Source: Candidatus Undinarchaeota archaeon
GTDB lineage: Archaea; SpSt-1190; JASMDC01
DNA length: 64,000 bases
Direction of reading: 5' to 3'
Assembly (NCBI GenBank): GCA_964519305.1
Contig: CAZFHY010000015.1
Coordinates: forward strand, 1 to 64,000
Shown here: one piece after another, positions 11,355-21,022 of the stretch
Layout: the number at the start of each line of letters is the position of its first letter
Numbering within the stretch: position 1 is the first letter of the stretch
Position numbers and translations under genes: made by a program
The notes under the pieces: generated by a model
Databases searched by the model: none
Told to the model about the DNA's origin: nothing
The model's input: only the letters and a program-made list of their open reading frames with translations

Positions 11355-12658
11355 AGCTGCGAACGTTCCTGGACCGGCTCGAGGAAGAGGGCAAGCTCAC
11401 GCGCATCTCGCGTGAGGTGTCCCACGAGTACGAGGTCGCTAACGTGCTCCACGCTAATGGCGAACGACCAACGCTATTCGAACGGGTGAGCGGGTTCGAT
11501 ATGCCCGTGTTCGGTGGTATCGTCTCCTCGCGCGAGCTCGTAGCGGAGGGACTGGGCACGACCCGGGAGGACATCCTACCCCGATTAGTGTCGGCATTGC
11601 GCGATCCACGCCCCCCGTCGACCGTGAAGGACGCTCCCTGTCAGGATGTGATCATCAGGGAGCCGGACCTCGATACGCTCCCCTTCCTCTTCCACCTACG
11701 CGGTGACGGCGGGCGGTATACGACCACATCCATCTGCATAATCAAGGACCCCGATACCGGTAGGAACGCCAGCTATCATCGCCTCATGCAGCGGGACCGG
11801 GGCCGGTTCACTGCTCGCCTCATCCCTCAGCGTCAGACGCGCAACACCTGGGAGAAGGCAACAGGAGACATCGAGGTCGCAGTATGCCTTGGTAGTTCAA
11901 CGGCGATGCTGATCGCCGCATCCCTGGGTCCGCCCTCCGGTGTTGACGAGCTGTCGGTGGCCAACGCCCTTGAGGAGATGCCGGTCGTGAAGTGCGTCAC
12001 CAAGGACCTGGAGGTGCCAGCGCACACGGAGATCGTGCTGGAGGGGCGCATCACCCGTGATAGAGATGACGAAGGCCCCTTCGTCGACCTTACCGAGACC
12101 CGGGATATCCAGCGACAGGAGCCTGTGCTGGTGGTGGACTGCATCACCCATCGAAGGGATCCCCTCTACCAGTGCCTCCTTCCCGGCAGGCTCGAGCACA
12201 AGACCCTCATGGGGATGCCCAAGGAGCCGACCATCTACGAGGCGGTCTCGAAAGTGGCCGATTGCCGGAACGTGTTCGTCACCCCGGGTGGCGGTTCATG
12301 GCTCCACGGTGTTGTACAGATAAGCAAGAAGCGTCCGGACGATGGAGTGAAGGCCATCCACGCGGCTTTCGAAGGCCACCGGTCCATGAAGCACGTGCTC
12401 GTGGTGGACGCTGACGTTGACATCTACGATCCAGACGCTCTTGAGTGGGCGCTTGCCACGCGGTTCCAGGCGCACCGTGACGCGGTCATCCTTCCCGACC
12501 AGCCCTCCAGCTCACTGGACCCCAGCGCGGACCACACGCGCGGGAAGAAGGCGCTCGCTACCAAAGTGGGGCTTGACGCCACGATCCCCGAGGGCGTGGA
12601 CCCGGCCCACTACGAGCGAGTGCGGTACAAGGACATAGACATGGCGGACTACCGATGA
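11351..12658 (+). CDS. ubiD: UbiD-family decarboxylase (probable trans-anhydromevalonate 5-phosphate decarboxylase)
   Basis: EIVLEG, EGPFVD, VVDADVDIYD, EWALATR, SSLDPS and KVGLDAT motifs; ATGA overlap with ubiX; mevalonate cluster context. Confidence 0.92.
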   Translation: MKLRTFLDRLEEEGKLTRISREVSHEYEVANVLHANGERPTLFERVSGFDMPVFGGIVSSRELVAEGLGTTREDILPRLVSALRDPRPPSTVKDAPCQDVIIREPDLDTLPFLFHLRGDGGRYTTTSICIIKDPDTGRNASYHRLMQRDRGRFTARLIPQRQTRNTWEKATGDIEVAVCLGSSTAMLIAASLGPPSGVDELSVANALEEMPVVKCVTKDLEVPAHTEIVLEGRITRDRDDEGPFVDLTETRDIQRQEPVLVVDCITHRRDPLYQCLLPGRLEHKTLMGMPKEPTIYEAVSKVADCRNVFVTPGGGSWLHGVVQISKKRPDDGVKAIHAAFEGHRSMKHVLVVDADVDIYDPDALEWALATRFQAHRDAVILPDQPSSSLDPSADHTRGKKALATKVGLDATIPEGVDPAHYERVRYKDIDMADYR

Positions 12659-12948
12659 CCCTCACCTGGCTCAAGAAGCGAGAGATGGGCGATGACCTTT
12701 TGCTCCTGCTCGGGGGCGGTGCGACCCACATAGGGTGTGTGGCCGTGTGCGAGCCTGGAAAGGAGCCGCGTACCATAGCACTTGAGGGCCATAAGGAGGA
12801 CGTGGTGGCCGCACCCCTGGCGCAGGCCGTCGCGGAACGTACCGGACGCCGTGTGGCGGTCGTGGCGGGCATCCACTACGACGAGATCAGCCCAGAACAG
12901 ATCCAGCAGGTAATAGACGAATGCAAGGAGTACGAGGTGAGCGCATGA
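12655..12948 (+). CDS. lpdD: LpdD-like prenylated-FMN binding/chaperone protein
   Basis: 97 aa; GG..HIG, GHKE and AGIH.D motifs match LpdD as I recall it; coupled between ubiD and acnX. Confidence 0.7.
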   Translation: MTLTWLKKREMGDDLLLLLGGGATHIGCVAVCEPGKEPRTIALEGHKEDVVAAPLAQAVAERTGRRVAVVAGIHYDEISPEQIQQVIDECKEYEVSA

Positions 12949-14150
12949 ACCTGACAAACGACGAGCAGGCCATGCTCGATGGCGAGCAGGGCCCGGGTGT
13001 ACAGAAGGCCATGGAGATCGTTGTGGCCCTGGGTACCATCTATGGTGCGGAGAAGCTGGTACCTGTATCCAGCGTCCAGGTCTCCGGCGTTTCCTACAAG
13101 AACCTCGGCGAGGCCGGGATCGAGTTCCTCACGGAGTGGGCGGACGCTGGTGCTCGTGTGCGCGTGCCTACAACTCTTAATCCCGCAGGTATGGACCTAT
13201 CCAGGTGGAAGGAGCTCGGATTCCCTGCCGACTTCGCCCGTCGACAGCAGGAGGTAATCGCTGCTTTCGGTCGCATGGGGATAGAACCCACCTGTACATG
13301 CACTCCCTACTTGACCGGTAATCTCCCCGACTTCGGTGACAACATTGCCTGGGGGGAGAGTTCGGCCGTTTCGTACGCCAACTCGGTCATCGGGGCCCGG
13401 ACGAACCGCGAGGGTGGTCCTTCGGCACTTGCAGCCGCCATATCCGGTCGGACCGCTGCTTTCGGTTTCCATCTGGACAAGAACAGGGCGGCCACCCACC
13501 GTATCGATGTGGCCTGTCCCGTTGAGAACGTGGCCGACTTCGGGGCGCTGGGGTGCCTGGTGGGCCGGACGGTCCAGAACCGTGTGCCGTACTTCGTCGG
13601 GATCCGACCCAAGGGCATGGAGGAGCTCAAGGCATTGGGTGCTGCCATGGCAGCGACCGGGGCCGTGGCGCTCTATCACATCGAGGACGTTACTCCGGAG
13701 GCCCGTCTCCGCGACATCCAGGGCGACGATATAGAGACCGTGACAATCGAGTCTCTTGACGAGGTGTATGAAGGTCTTAACGGCGATGATAACTCTGTGG
13801 ATTTCGTGAGCATCGGCTGCCCTCATGCCTCGCTCAATGAACTGCAGAATGTGGCCGGCCTCATCGGTGACCGCAAGCTCACAGCGGCTCTTTGGGTCAC
13901 AACTTCACGTCAGGTCCGTGCAGAGGCCGAGCGCTTGGGGCTCATTGCTCACATCGAGGATGTCGGTGGTCATGTGGTCAGCGACACCTGTCTTGTCGTC
14001 GCTCCTGTCGAACATTTCGGGTTCAGGACACTGGCCACGAACTCGGGGAAAGGTGCCACCTATGCCCCGGGACACTGCGGGCTCAACGTTCGCTATGGCT
14101 CTATTGAACAGTGCATCGAAGCGGCCGTCAACGGGAGGTGGGAGGAGTGA
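12945..14150 (+). CDS. acnX: Phosphomevalonate dehydratase large subunit (aconitase X catalytic domain)
   Basis: VSGVSYKNLG, TTLNPAG, TCTCTPY, WGESSA, GARTNREG and IGCPHAS motifs. Confidence 0.93.
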   Translation: MNLTNDEQAMLDGEQGPGVQKAMEIVVALGTIYGAEKLVPVSSVQVSGVSYKNLGEAGIEFLTEWADAGARVRVPTTLNPAGMDLSRWKELGFPADFARRQQEVIAAFGRMGIEPTCTCTPYLTGNLPDFGDNIAWGESSAVSYANSVIGARTNREGGPSALAAAISGRTAAFGFHLDKNRAATHRIDVACPVENVADFGALGCLVGRTVQNRVPYFVGIRPKGMEELKALGAAMAATGAVALYHIEDVTPEARLRDIQGDDIETVTIESLDEVYEGLNGDDNSVDFVSIGCPHASLNELQNVAGLIGDRKLTAALWVTTSRQVRAEAERLGLIAHIEDVGGHVVSDTCLVVAPVEHFGFRTLATNSGKGATYAPGHCGLNVRYGSIEQCIEAAVNGRWEE

Positions 14151-14530
14151 AGGCGCGCATCATAAGGAGGGGAAATACTGGGGGCAAGGCCCTCGTCTCG
14201 AGCGAGCCCATCGGGTTCTTCGGTAACGTGGATCCGGACACGGGCATGGTCGTGGAGAAGGGGCATGAGCTAGAGGGTCAGTCGATCGCCGGGACTGTGC
14301 TGGTCTTCCCCACTGGTAAAGGGAGCACCGTCGGTTCCTATACGCTCTACCGCCTCAAGAAGAACGGCAAGGCACCATTGGCCATCATCTGCTCTGAGAG
14401 CGAACCCATAGTTGCCGTAGGGGCCATCATCGCCGACATACCCATGGTGGACCGGGTGGACATATCCACTATCAGCACGGGTGATCAGGTCACCGTGGAC
14501 GGCGATGAGGTGACAGTTGGGTCGTCATGA
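14147..14530 (+). CDS. Phosphomevalonate dehydratase small subunit (aconitase X swivel domain, DUF126-like)
   Basis: GHELEGQSIAG.VLVFPTGKGSTVGSY motif; GTGA overlap with GGAGG SD. Confidence 0.92.
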   Translation: MKARIIRRGNTGGKALVSSEPIGFFGNVDPDTGMVVEKGHELEGQSIAGTVLVFPTGKGSTVGSYTLYRLKKNGKAPLAIICSESEPIVAVGAIIADIPMVDRVDISTISTGDQVTVDGDEVTVGSS

Positions 14531-14542
14531 GCCCTATACGGG

Positions 14543-15592
14543 CTACGTCCGTTGCTCAAGCCACTCACGGGTCCGTCCCGTGAGCACCAGTGGCCGGTCC
14601 ATCAGCTCTTCACGGGATGATGCACCGCACAGGAGCATGGCCGCTCGTGTTTCGTCGATGAGCGTTGTCAGGTAACTTCGGGCACCGTCCACGCCACCGT
14701 CCATGTACGCACGGAGCACGGGTAGAGCGACACCGACCGCCGTAGCTCCCAAGCGTAACGACTTGACCACGTCGATGCCTGTACGTACGCCGCCGGTAGC
14801 AATGACTGGTAGGTCGCAGGCCGAGCGCACCTCGGCAACGCTGATTGGCGTGGGTAGGCCCCAACGCCAGAACGTCTTGGCCAGCCGGTTGTCCGTGTCG
14901 CGGTAGTGCTCGACGGCCACCCATGAGGTGCCACCTACACCACCAACATCGATACCGGCAACACCGGCCTCGGCGAGCTGTGTTGCGGTCCCGCGGGAGA
15001 TACCGCACCCGGTCTCCTTGGCGATCACGGGGGTGTCAAGCTCGGTGCACAGCCGCGCCAGCGCGGCCTCGCCGCCCTTGAACGAACGGTCCCCTTCGGG
15101 TTGTGTCATCTCGTGGGCAGGATTGAGGTGGACGCACAGCGCGTCGGCACCGATCCCCTCGATGGCTTGCAGGGCTTCCTTGGCACCCCACCCTGCCACG
15201 AACTGCACTAGTCCGAGGTTCCCCAGGAGCAGGATGTCCGGAGCAACATCCCTGACCTCGAAGGTCCGGGTTGTGCTTGGCTGCTCCACCATGATGCGCT
15301 GGCTCCCGAGGCCCATGCCGAGCCCCAGCTCCTGGGCTAGGGTCGCCAGGTCACGGTTGATACGTCGTGCCTCGTCGGTCCCGCCGGTCATGGCAGCGAT
15401 GATGATGGGAGCGGATAACCGACGCCCATAGAGCTCTACGGAGCAATCAACGCTATCGGTGTCTACGTCCGTGAGCGCGTCATGGACGAGGGAGATATCG
15501 GCCCACGGGTCGTATCCTGCCTCCACGTCCTCCTTCCAGCACACACGGATATGGTCCGCCTTCCTTTGCTCGATGATGGTGGGTTCGCTCAT
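14543..15592 (-). CDS. fni: Type 2 isopentenyl-diphosphate delta-isomerase
   Basis: RKADH, AMTGG, GSQR, HLN...E..QPEGD, KETGCG, GGTSW and TGGVR motifs. Confidence 0.95.
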   Translation of the reverse strand: MSEPTIIEQRKADHIRVCWKEDVEAGYDPWADISLVHDALTDVDTDSVDCSVELYGRRLSAPIIIAAMTGGTDEARRINRDLATLAQELGLGMGLGSQRIMVEQPSTTRTFEVRDVAPDILLLGNLGLVQFVAGWGAKEALQAIEGIGADALCVHLNPAHEMTQPEGDRSFKGGEAALARLCTELDTPVIAKETGCGISRGTATQLAEAGVAGIDVGGVGGTSWVAVEHYRDTDNRLAKTFWRWGLPTPISVAEVRSACDLPVIATGGVRTGIDVVKSLRLGATAVGVALPVLRAYMDGGVDGARSYLTTLIDETRAAMLLCGASSREELMDRPLVLTGRTREWLEQRT

Positions 15593-16374
15593 GTGATCAC
15601 CGGGATGAATGTTCCTTCTTCGGTGGACCCGCCAAGGGCCCGTTCCAGCGCTCCGGGGGCGTTCGCGTCGATGACAAGCGACTCCACCCCTGTCCGTGCT
15701 AACGGGAGCAGTTCGTCCAGCTTGCCTCGCATTCCGCCAGTGACATCGGACGCCACCGAGCCACCAGCCTCAACACTGGCCAGTGTATCCGGGGTGAGTA
15801 CGTCGATGCGACGGGCGCCCTTGTCAGTGCGTGGGTCCGCGGTGTACACGCCGTCCACGTCGGAGCATAGTACAGCTCGTTCGATACCGAGGCGGGGGGC
15901 GAGGTACGCCAGGAGCTGGTCACCTGACACAATTGCAAAGCCCTGTTCCCGGTCCTGTACGACGTCACCGAAGAGCACGGGGGTCATCCCCCCCTCGACC
16001 AGGAAGCGCACGGGTTCCTCATCAAAAGCCACGATCCGTCCGTTCTCGAGAGTGCACACGGTCGCCGGTGGGACGGCCACGGCAGGGATGCCGGCTTTCA
16101 ATAGCCCGTCCATCACAGCAGCGTTGAGCCGCTCCATAGCGCGGTGGATGTGGGAGAACGCCTCGCGGGACTTAGACCCGTCCAGTGCTCCAGATGTCAT
16201 ACCGTGCTCGGTCGCAGCAGCGTGCCCAAAGGAGCCGCCACCATGGACCACGAGGCACTGCTCTCCGGATGTGGCCAGTTCTTGGGCGAGTCGTGCGATA
16301 ACGTCCTCACGGGCGATGTACGCCCGGTCCTTGGGAGCGATGGCCGAGCCACCCAGCTTGACGGCGTACTTCAC
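15589..16374 (-). CDS. ipk: Isopentenyl phosphate kinase
   Basis: KLGGS, VHGGGSFGH, PVLFGD, SGD, DVDGV and DVTGGMRGKL motifs; adjacent to fni. Confidence 0.93.
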   Translation of the reverse strand: MKYAVKLGGSAIAPKDRAYIAREDVIARLAQELATSGEQCLVVHGGGSFGHAAATEHGMTSGALDGSKSREAFSHIHRAMERLNAAVMDGLLKAGIPAVAVPPATVCTLENGRIVAFDEEPVRFLVEGGMTPVLFGDVVQDREQGFAIVSGDQLLAYLAPRLGIERAVLCSDVDGVYTADPRTDKGARRIDVLTPDTLASVEAGGSVASDVTGGMRGKLDELLPLARTGVESLVIDANAPGALERALGGSTEEGTFIPVIT

Positions 16375-16964
16375 GCTCGCGCCCCCAGGAACTTCTTGAT
16401 ATCGTTGAGCGTTTGCTGGGCGAGCTGGAGCCTGAAGGTCTTCCGCTCACCCCAGTCGTGAGCCTCTATGACCGCGATATCTGTGTGGATGTTACGTGTC
16501 AGGACGGTCAGCCGCTCCATTCGCTCACGCAGGGCGCTCTGCCCGGGATCGTGCACAGTCTCCAGGTCCGAGAGCCTCGTTCGTGATGTGCGCAATGAAC
16601 GGCGTAGTTCGTCCAGATGCTCGCGGTCCTTGCTTAGCTGGATAAGGATGGACGTCTCTTTGTCGGGCATGTCCTCAGTACCGGGCTCTCGCATTGAGCG
16701 GAGCACCTCATTGGTCTGTTCCATGCGTTCGCGGCTCTTCCGCTCCTGGCCTGACCGGACATCGATCTCCCTGCGGAGGTGCTTCATCTCTCTTTCGAGT
16801 GACCGGAGCTTGTTCCGCAGATGCTCTGCCTCTTTGATGACACTATGACATTCATCGCACGATGACGAGAGGGCGTCCCACGCCACCTGGGCAGGATCCC
16901 CAGGATGGTCACGGTCCTCGGTGGACGGGCCGTCCGATACGGCCATCTCACGGTCCTCCTTCAC
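16371..16964 (-). CDS. Hypothetical coiled-coil protein (CxxC near N-terminus)
   Basis: Heptad-like charged helices; GTGA overlap with ipk; GGAGG SD. Confidence 0.65.
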   Translation of the reverse strand: MKEDREMAVSDGPSTEDRDHPGDPAQVAWDALSSSCDECHSVIKEAEHLRNKLRSLEREMKHLRREIDVRSGQERKSRERMEQTNEVLRSMREPGTEDMPDKETSILIQLSKDREHLDELRRSLRTSRTRLSDLETVHDPGQSALRERMERLTVLTRNIHTDIAVIEAHDWGERKTFRLQLAQQTLNDIKKFLGARA

Positions 16965-17202
16965 GCCCGATATTGAGTTCGACCTTCTTCAGCTCTCCTA
17001 ACATGCCGAACACGATGACCACTATAAGGATCGTGAAGGGCTCCACAGCCATTGACAGGCCCTTGCCTCCGGCGATATCCTGCATGGCCAGGTCGCGGAT
17101 GATGTACACGGCGATGATCAATGTCACTGCGATAAGGAAGAGGAACATGATGGACCGTCCGCCGTGCTTGACGACTGCACCGTTAGCCTTTCCTGACGTC
17201 AT
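16948..17202 (-). CDS. Small 2-TM hypothetical protein
   Basis: Two hydrophobic helices; overlaps both neighbours. Confidence 0.65.
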   Translation of the reverse strand: MTSGKANGAVVKHGGRSIMFLFLIAVTLIIAVYIIRDLAMQDIAGGKGLSMAVEPFTILIVVIVFGMLGELKKVELNIGREGGP

Positions 17203-18439
17203 CCAGAATCACCCCCATATCGGCACGGAAATCCTCGATAGCATCACCAAGCTCATCGGCCTCAGCCGCTTCCCGGGCGAGCCTGAGCAGGAGGAGCCGA
17301 GAGAGCGGACGGGCACCCTCCGCAACCACCACCTTGCCCTCGGATAGTTCGGAGAATAGGTCGTCACGGTACCAGTGGAGGGCGCCGGCCTCATCGCCGA
17401 GCCGCTCCCTGAACCGTGAGAAGAACTGGTAGTAATTTCGTCCCGTGGCGGCGTTGAGCAGTCGGGACATATCATTGAGCCCTGTTTCGAGGCCGGCCAA
17501 TGCCAGCACAATGCATGGTACTCGGCTGGGGACCGAGAGCGCCTCCGCCATCAGCTGACCGGAGAGCCGGACCTCTTGACGGGTTACCTTCTGTGAACCG
17601 AACCGGGTGCGCATATAGGCCAAACGCCGCTCATCCCGTGTGCGGGCCAGTTCCCGGACCGCCTCGATGATCTCCTCCTTCGACGGGGCCCGGCCGGTAT
17701 CCAGCTGGACCAGACGTGAGGCTATGTCCGAGGTGGGGCCACGCAACCGGCTGCGCTGCCAGGCGACGTCCTCCACGGCGGTGATGGACTCGATACCCTC
17801 TGTGGTAGCCCCCGGGGCCGTTCCCAGTCGCACGAGGACAGCGAGCTCGATGGCCACGTACAAGGCCAATGCTAGGAACCACACAACCATCACGAAGAGG
17901 CCAAGATCCCCGATCTGTACGACGGCCAGCTTCCACGCTGTCTCGGTCGTAGGCCCGATCTCCATGACCGGTGTCAGGACGCACGCGAGCATGGCGACAA
18001 CATGTGGCAGGGTGACCCCCAGGTACATGTCATCGCGCTCGTCCTCCTCCAGACGGAGAGCTATGTCCAGGTTATCGACATAGCGGATGGTGGCCAGGGC
18101 GGCGTGGGCCGCCAACAGGAAACAGAGGAAGAACCCAAAGAACGACCGGTCGGCGAAGAGCCCGACAAAGGAGAGCAATCCCACAATGACGTAGAAAAGC
18201 AGGCTCTTGTGTCCTTCCTCGACCAGGAACCCTCCCTTGCCCTCGAAGAGAGCGGCAAGGAACCAAGGGACGATGAGCAGGCCCAACATACCACCGCGGA
18301 TGGCCGCCAGCAGGCCTGTGAGCGCAAGGGTCCCCTCCGCGAACTCGTGGAGGTGGTGCAGGTTGAGAAGGAGGAACGCGGCAGCGCACTGTAGCGTGAG
18401 GATCCATAGGGAGCGCCGCCTAAGGATAAGGCCCCTCAT
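17183..18439 (-). CDS. Polytopic membrane protein with soluble C-terminal domain
   Basis: About 6 TM helices followed by about 200 soluble helical residues; TATA (TTAAATAG) about 25 nt upstream of ATG 18439. Confidence 0.7.
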   Translation of the reverse strand: MRGLILRRRSLWILTLQCAAAFLLLNLHHLHEFAEGTLALTGLLAAIRGGMLGLLIVPWFLAALFEGKGGFLVEEGHKSLLFYVIVGLLSFVGLFADRSFFGFFLCFLLAAHAALATIRYVDNLDIALRLEEDERDDMYLGVTLPHVVAMLACVLTPVMEIGPTTETAWKLAVVQIGDLGLFVMVVWFLALALYVAIELAVLVRLGTAPGATTEGIESITAVEDVAWQRSRLRGPTSDIASRLVQLDTGRAPSKEEIIEAVRELARTRDERRLAYMRTRFGSQKVTRQEVRLSGQLMAEALSVPSRVPCIVLALAGLETGLNDMSRLLNAATGRNYYQFFSRFRERLGDEAGALHWYRDDLFSELSEGKVVVAEGARPLSRLLLLRLAREAAEADELGDAIEDFRADMGVILDDVRKG

Positions 18440-18493
18440 AAACAAGGGCAGCACTAGCAACTATTTAATGATGACGTGCCCGTTCTTCCTATC

Positions 18494-18745
18494 ATGACCG
18501 TAGATGTGGGTGCAGCTCTCATCATCGAACGCGGTATCATCGTCCTGGCATTCCCTGCGATCCTCCTACTCCTCCTGGTTCTGCTCGTGCTCACAACGCC
18601 TCCGGCTGACCCATCGAGTGCTGGCTGGACCCAGCAGCAATCCGCCCAGCCCGCGCCCGCTACGCAGGCGCAGTCCTATTCCTATCCGCAGCAGGGCTAC
18701 GGTTATTACTACGGAGGTGGCCAGAACGGCGGATACCAGCGATAA
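18494..18745 (+). CDS. Small single-TM protein with Q/Y/G-rich tail
   Basis: ATG about 25 nt after TATTTAAT; one TM then QQQSAQ...YSYPQQGYGYYYGGGQ. Confidence 0.55.
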   Translation: MTVDVGAALIIERGIIVLAFPAILLLLLVLLVLTTPPADPSSAGWTQQQSAQPAPATQAQSYSYPQQGYGYYYGGGQNGGYQR

Positions 18746-19745
18746 GGACGATTCTGTCACCAGGAAGGATGAAGCTAAGGTCCGGCCTGAAGAAAAAGGG
18801 AAGACTGCGGACAAGGAGAATGTTAAGACAGGTGACATCCCGCCCGCCCCGCGCCACCATGACGAACCGATGACATGGGATGAGCGTCAGAACCGTGCGC
18901 AGAGCTTGCTCATCATCCTATTCCTCATAGTCCAGATATGTGGTGTGGCCATCGCCTACGCGGTGACCCAGAGCCCGGCCATCCAGATGCACCTCGAGGA
19001 GACACGCCCCGCGTTCATCAGCCCTGACAAGGGCCAGGAGAACACAGTGAACATCGTGGCCATCGGTATCGTCGGTACGGTGTTCCTCATCCTCCTGAAG
19101 AAGTACCTGCGTTTCAAGGTCCGTTACGTGGTCATCGTGGCGGTCTTCGGTTCATGTACCTATCTGGCTGACATCCTGGGCTTCGGCGCCCTGGGTTCTG
19201 TGGTGTTCGGTATAGTTGTGACCGTCCTTCGGGAACGTCTGGACAGCGTCCTCATGCTCAACGCCTCGGTGTTCATATCGGTGCTCGGGTTCGGTGCAAT
19301 CTTCGGCCATTGGGTGGTGCCCGAGCATGCAGTGGTCCTCCTTATCGTCCTCTCAATCTATGATATCATCGGAGTGCTCATCACCCAGCACATCACCTAC
19401 CTGTGGTTCGGTGCCTACAAGTTCGAGAAGATTTGGCGTGATGTTCTGGCATTCGTCGTGCATGTTGATGAATCCGAGATAATCCTTGTGGGTGCCGGTG
19501 ATTTCGGGTTCCCAATGCTCTTCACGTTCTCCGTGACCGAGTTCCTCGTCCAGACCCAGGGCAAGGCTTTCGGGCTGGTCGGCGGGTCCATGGTGGCCAT
19601 CAGCGCCACGCTGGGCTTCGCCTTCCTACAGATCTACGCCATGCGCTCCGAACGGAGCAAGGACACAGGGCTCCCGGGGCTCCCGTTCGTAACCGGTGGC
19701 GGTATAGCGGGATGGCTACTGGCCCGGTTCGTGCTCGGCGTGTAG
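18717..19745 (+). CDS. Presenilin/SPP-family intramembrane aspartyl protease (A22)
   Basis: Multi-TM; catalytic YD (LSIYDIIG) and GxGD (VGAGDFGFP); PAL-like LPGLP. Start codon uncertain. Confidence 0.88.
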   Translation: MARTADTSDKDDSVTRKDEAKVRPEEKGKTADKENVKTGDIPPAPRHHDEPMTWDERQNRAQSLLIILFLIVQICGVAIAYAVTQSPAIQMHLEETRPAFISPDKGQENTVNIVAIGIVGTVFLILLKKYLRFKVRYVVIVAVFGSCTYLADILGFGALGSVVFGIVVTVLRERLDSVLMLNASVFISVLGFGAIFGHWVVPEHAVVLLIVLSIYDIIGVLITQHITYLWFGAYKFEKIWRDVLAFVVHVDESEIILVGAGDFGFPMLFTFSVTEFLVQTQGKAFGLVGGSMVAISATLGFAFLQIYAMRSERSKDTGLPGLPFVTGGGIAGWLLARFVLGV

Positions 19746-19800
19746 GACCTTGTCGGCCCAGGCGTTTTCAATATAAAGTTTCACGGTCCGGATGGGCCCG

Positions 19801-20946
19801 ATGGATCAAGGTGCCTATCCACAACCGCAGCATCAAGCTCAACAATTCCCGCCCGTCTCGGCGCATCCACCCGAGGTCTCCGCGGCACCTCCCAAGGAGC
19901 ACGAGCGGAAAGAAGGATTCATCGACAAGCATCTTCCCAAGATCATCGCCGTCCTGCTCTCCATCGCCACTGTGTTCTCCGGTGTCGTGTCCAACCGGTC
20001 CGACCTGTTGGAGGAGCAGGCCAACGAGATGAAGATCGATATAGACACGCTCGAGCGCACTGCTAAGGCCGAGGAGATGGCGGCCCGACAGTACGCCTCG
20101 TCCATCGACAGCTATCAGAACCAGGTAGTGCTCCTCGGTATCGAGAACGAGAAGATCGAGGCGCTCAAAAAAGGGTACGAGACGGATATCGGGGGCATTA
20201 CTACCCTGTACTACGAGGAGTATGAGCAGGTGAACCAGAGCTACGTCGTCAAGCTCGCGAACGAGACAGAAACGCTCGCGAACCTTGAGAAAATGGCCAA
20301 CACCGCCAAGAAGCAGGTCAACACACAGTCGCAGAAGGTCAAGAAGACCGTGGAGGACCTCTTAGGCGTGGGCGGTGGACGGGGGGTCGTCAAGGAGACC
20401 CTGGGCGAACCCGTCACCATGGAGGCCTTCCTCAAGGTGACGCACGAGGAGAACCTCCTCGACGAGTACAAGGACAAGCAGATCGACCTTCGTCAGGAGA
20501 CCATCCGCAAGCGGGAGGAGATCAGGGGGCTCGAGGACGAGCAGCGGTACGCGCTACGTGAGGTCGAACGCGAGCGTGATGCCGAGATAATGGAGAAGCG
20601 CATCCAGCAGAAGCGTCTGGACGATGATATCACCATGAACAACGCCCAGGTCGAGGAGATCAACAAGCTCATCATCAAGTACCAGGGGATGGACGTCGAG
20701 TCCACACAGAAAGCCGAGACTTCCTACGCACAGACCAATGAGAAGGTCCAGGAGGTCGAGGGATTACGGGAGAAGGCCGACCGCCTGATGCGTGTACCCA
20801 TCCTCGTCAACCTTGTCCTGTTCCTGCTCGGTTTCGCGGGCAACTCTGACAAGAAGTTCTTCAAGATAGTGTTCACCATAATCGGCGTTGTCGCGCTGGG
20901 TGTCTCAGGATTCTACTTCCTGCGCATACTGCGGGCACCGATCTGA
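19801..20946 (+). CDS. Membrane protein with long coiled-coil (1 N-terminal TM, 2 C-terminal TM)
   Basis: TATA ATATAAAG about 25 nt upstream; TM, about 270-aa E/K/Q-rich helical region, TM hairpin. Confidence 0.8.
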   Translation: MDQGAYPQPQHQAQQFPPVSAHPPEVSAAPPKEHERKEGFIDKHLPKIIAVLLSIATVFSGVVSNRSDLLEEQANEMKIDIDTLERTAKAEEMAARQYASSIDSYQNQVVLLGIENEKIEALKKGYETDIGGITTLYYEEYEQVNQSYVVKLANETETLANLEKMANTAKKQVNTQSQKVKKTVEDLLGVGGGRGVVKETLGEPVTMEAFLKVTHEENLLDEYKDKQIDLRQETIRKREEIRGLEDEQRYALREVERERDAEIMEKRIQQKRLDDDITMNNAQVEEINKLIIKYQGMDVESTQKAETSYAQTNEKVQEVEGLREKADRLMRVPILVNLVLFLLGFAGNSDKKFFKIVFTIIGVVALGVSGFYFLRILRAPI

Positions 20947-21022
20947 TCGCGGAGGGAACGGCCGGGGCGGATCGCAGAACCCCACCTCTACCTTTATCTC
21001 TCTTTAGGGCCCGTACAGACCC

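Noticed and set aside
10797-12658. ubiX/ubiD as a ubiquinone or aromatic-acid decarboxylation pathway
   Set aside because: Context with mvk, acnX, ipk and fni points to the archaeal mevalonate pathway.
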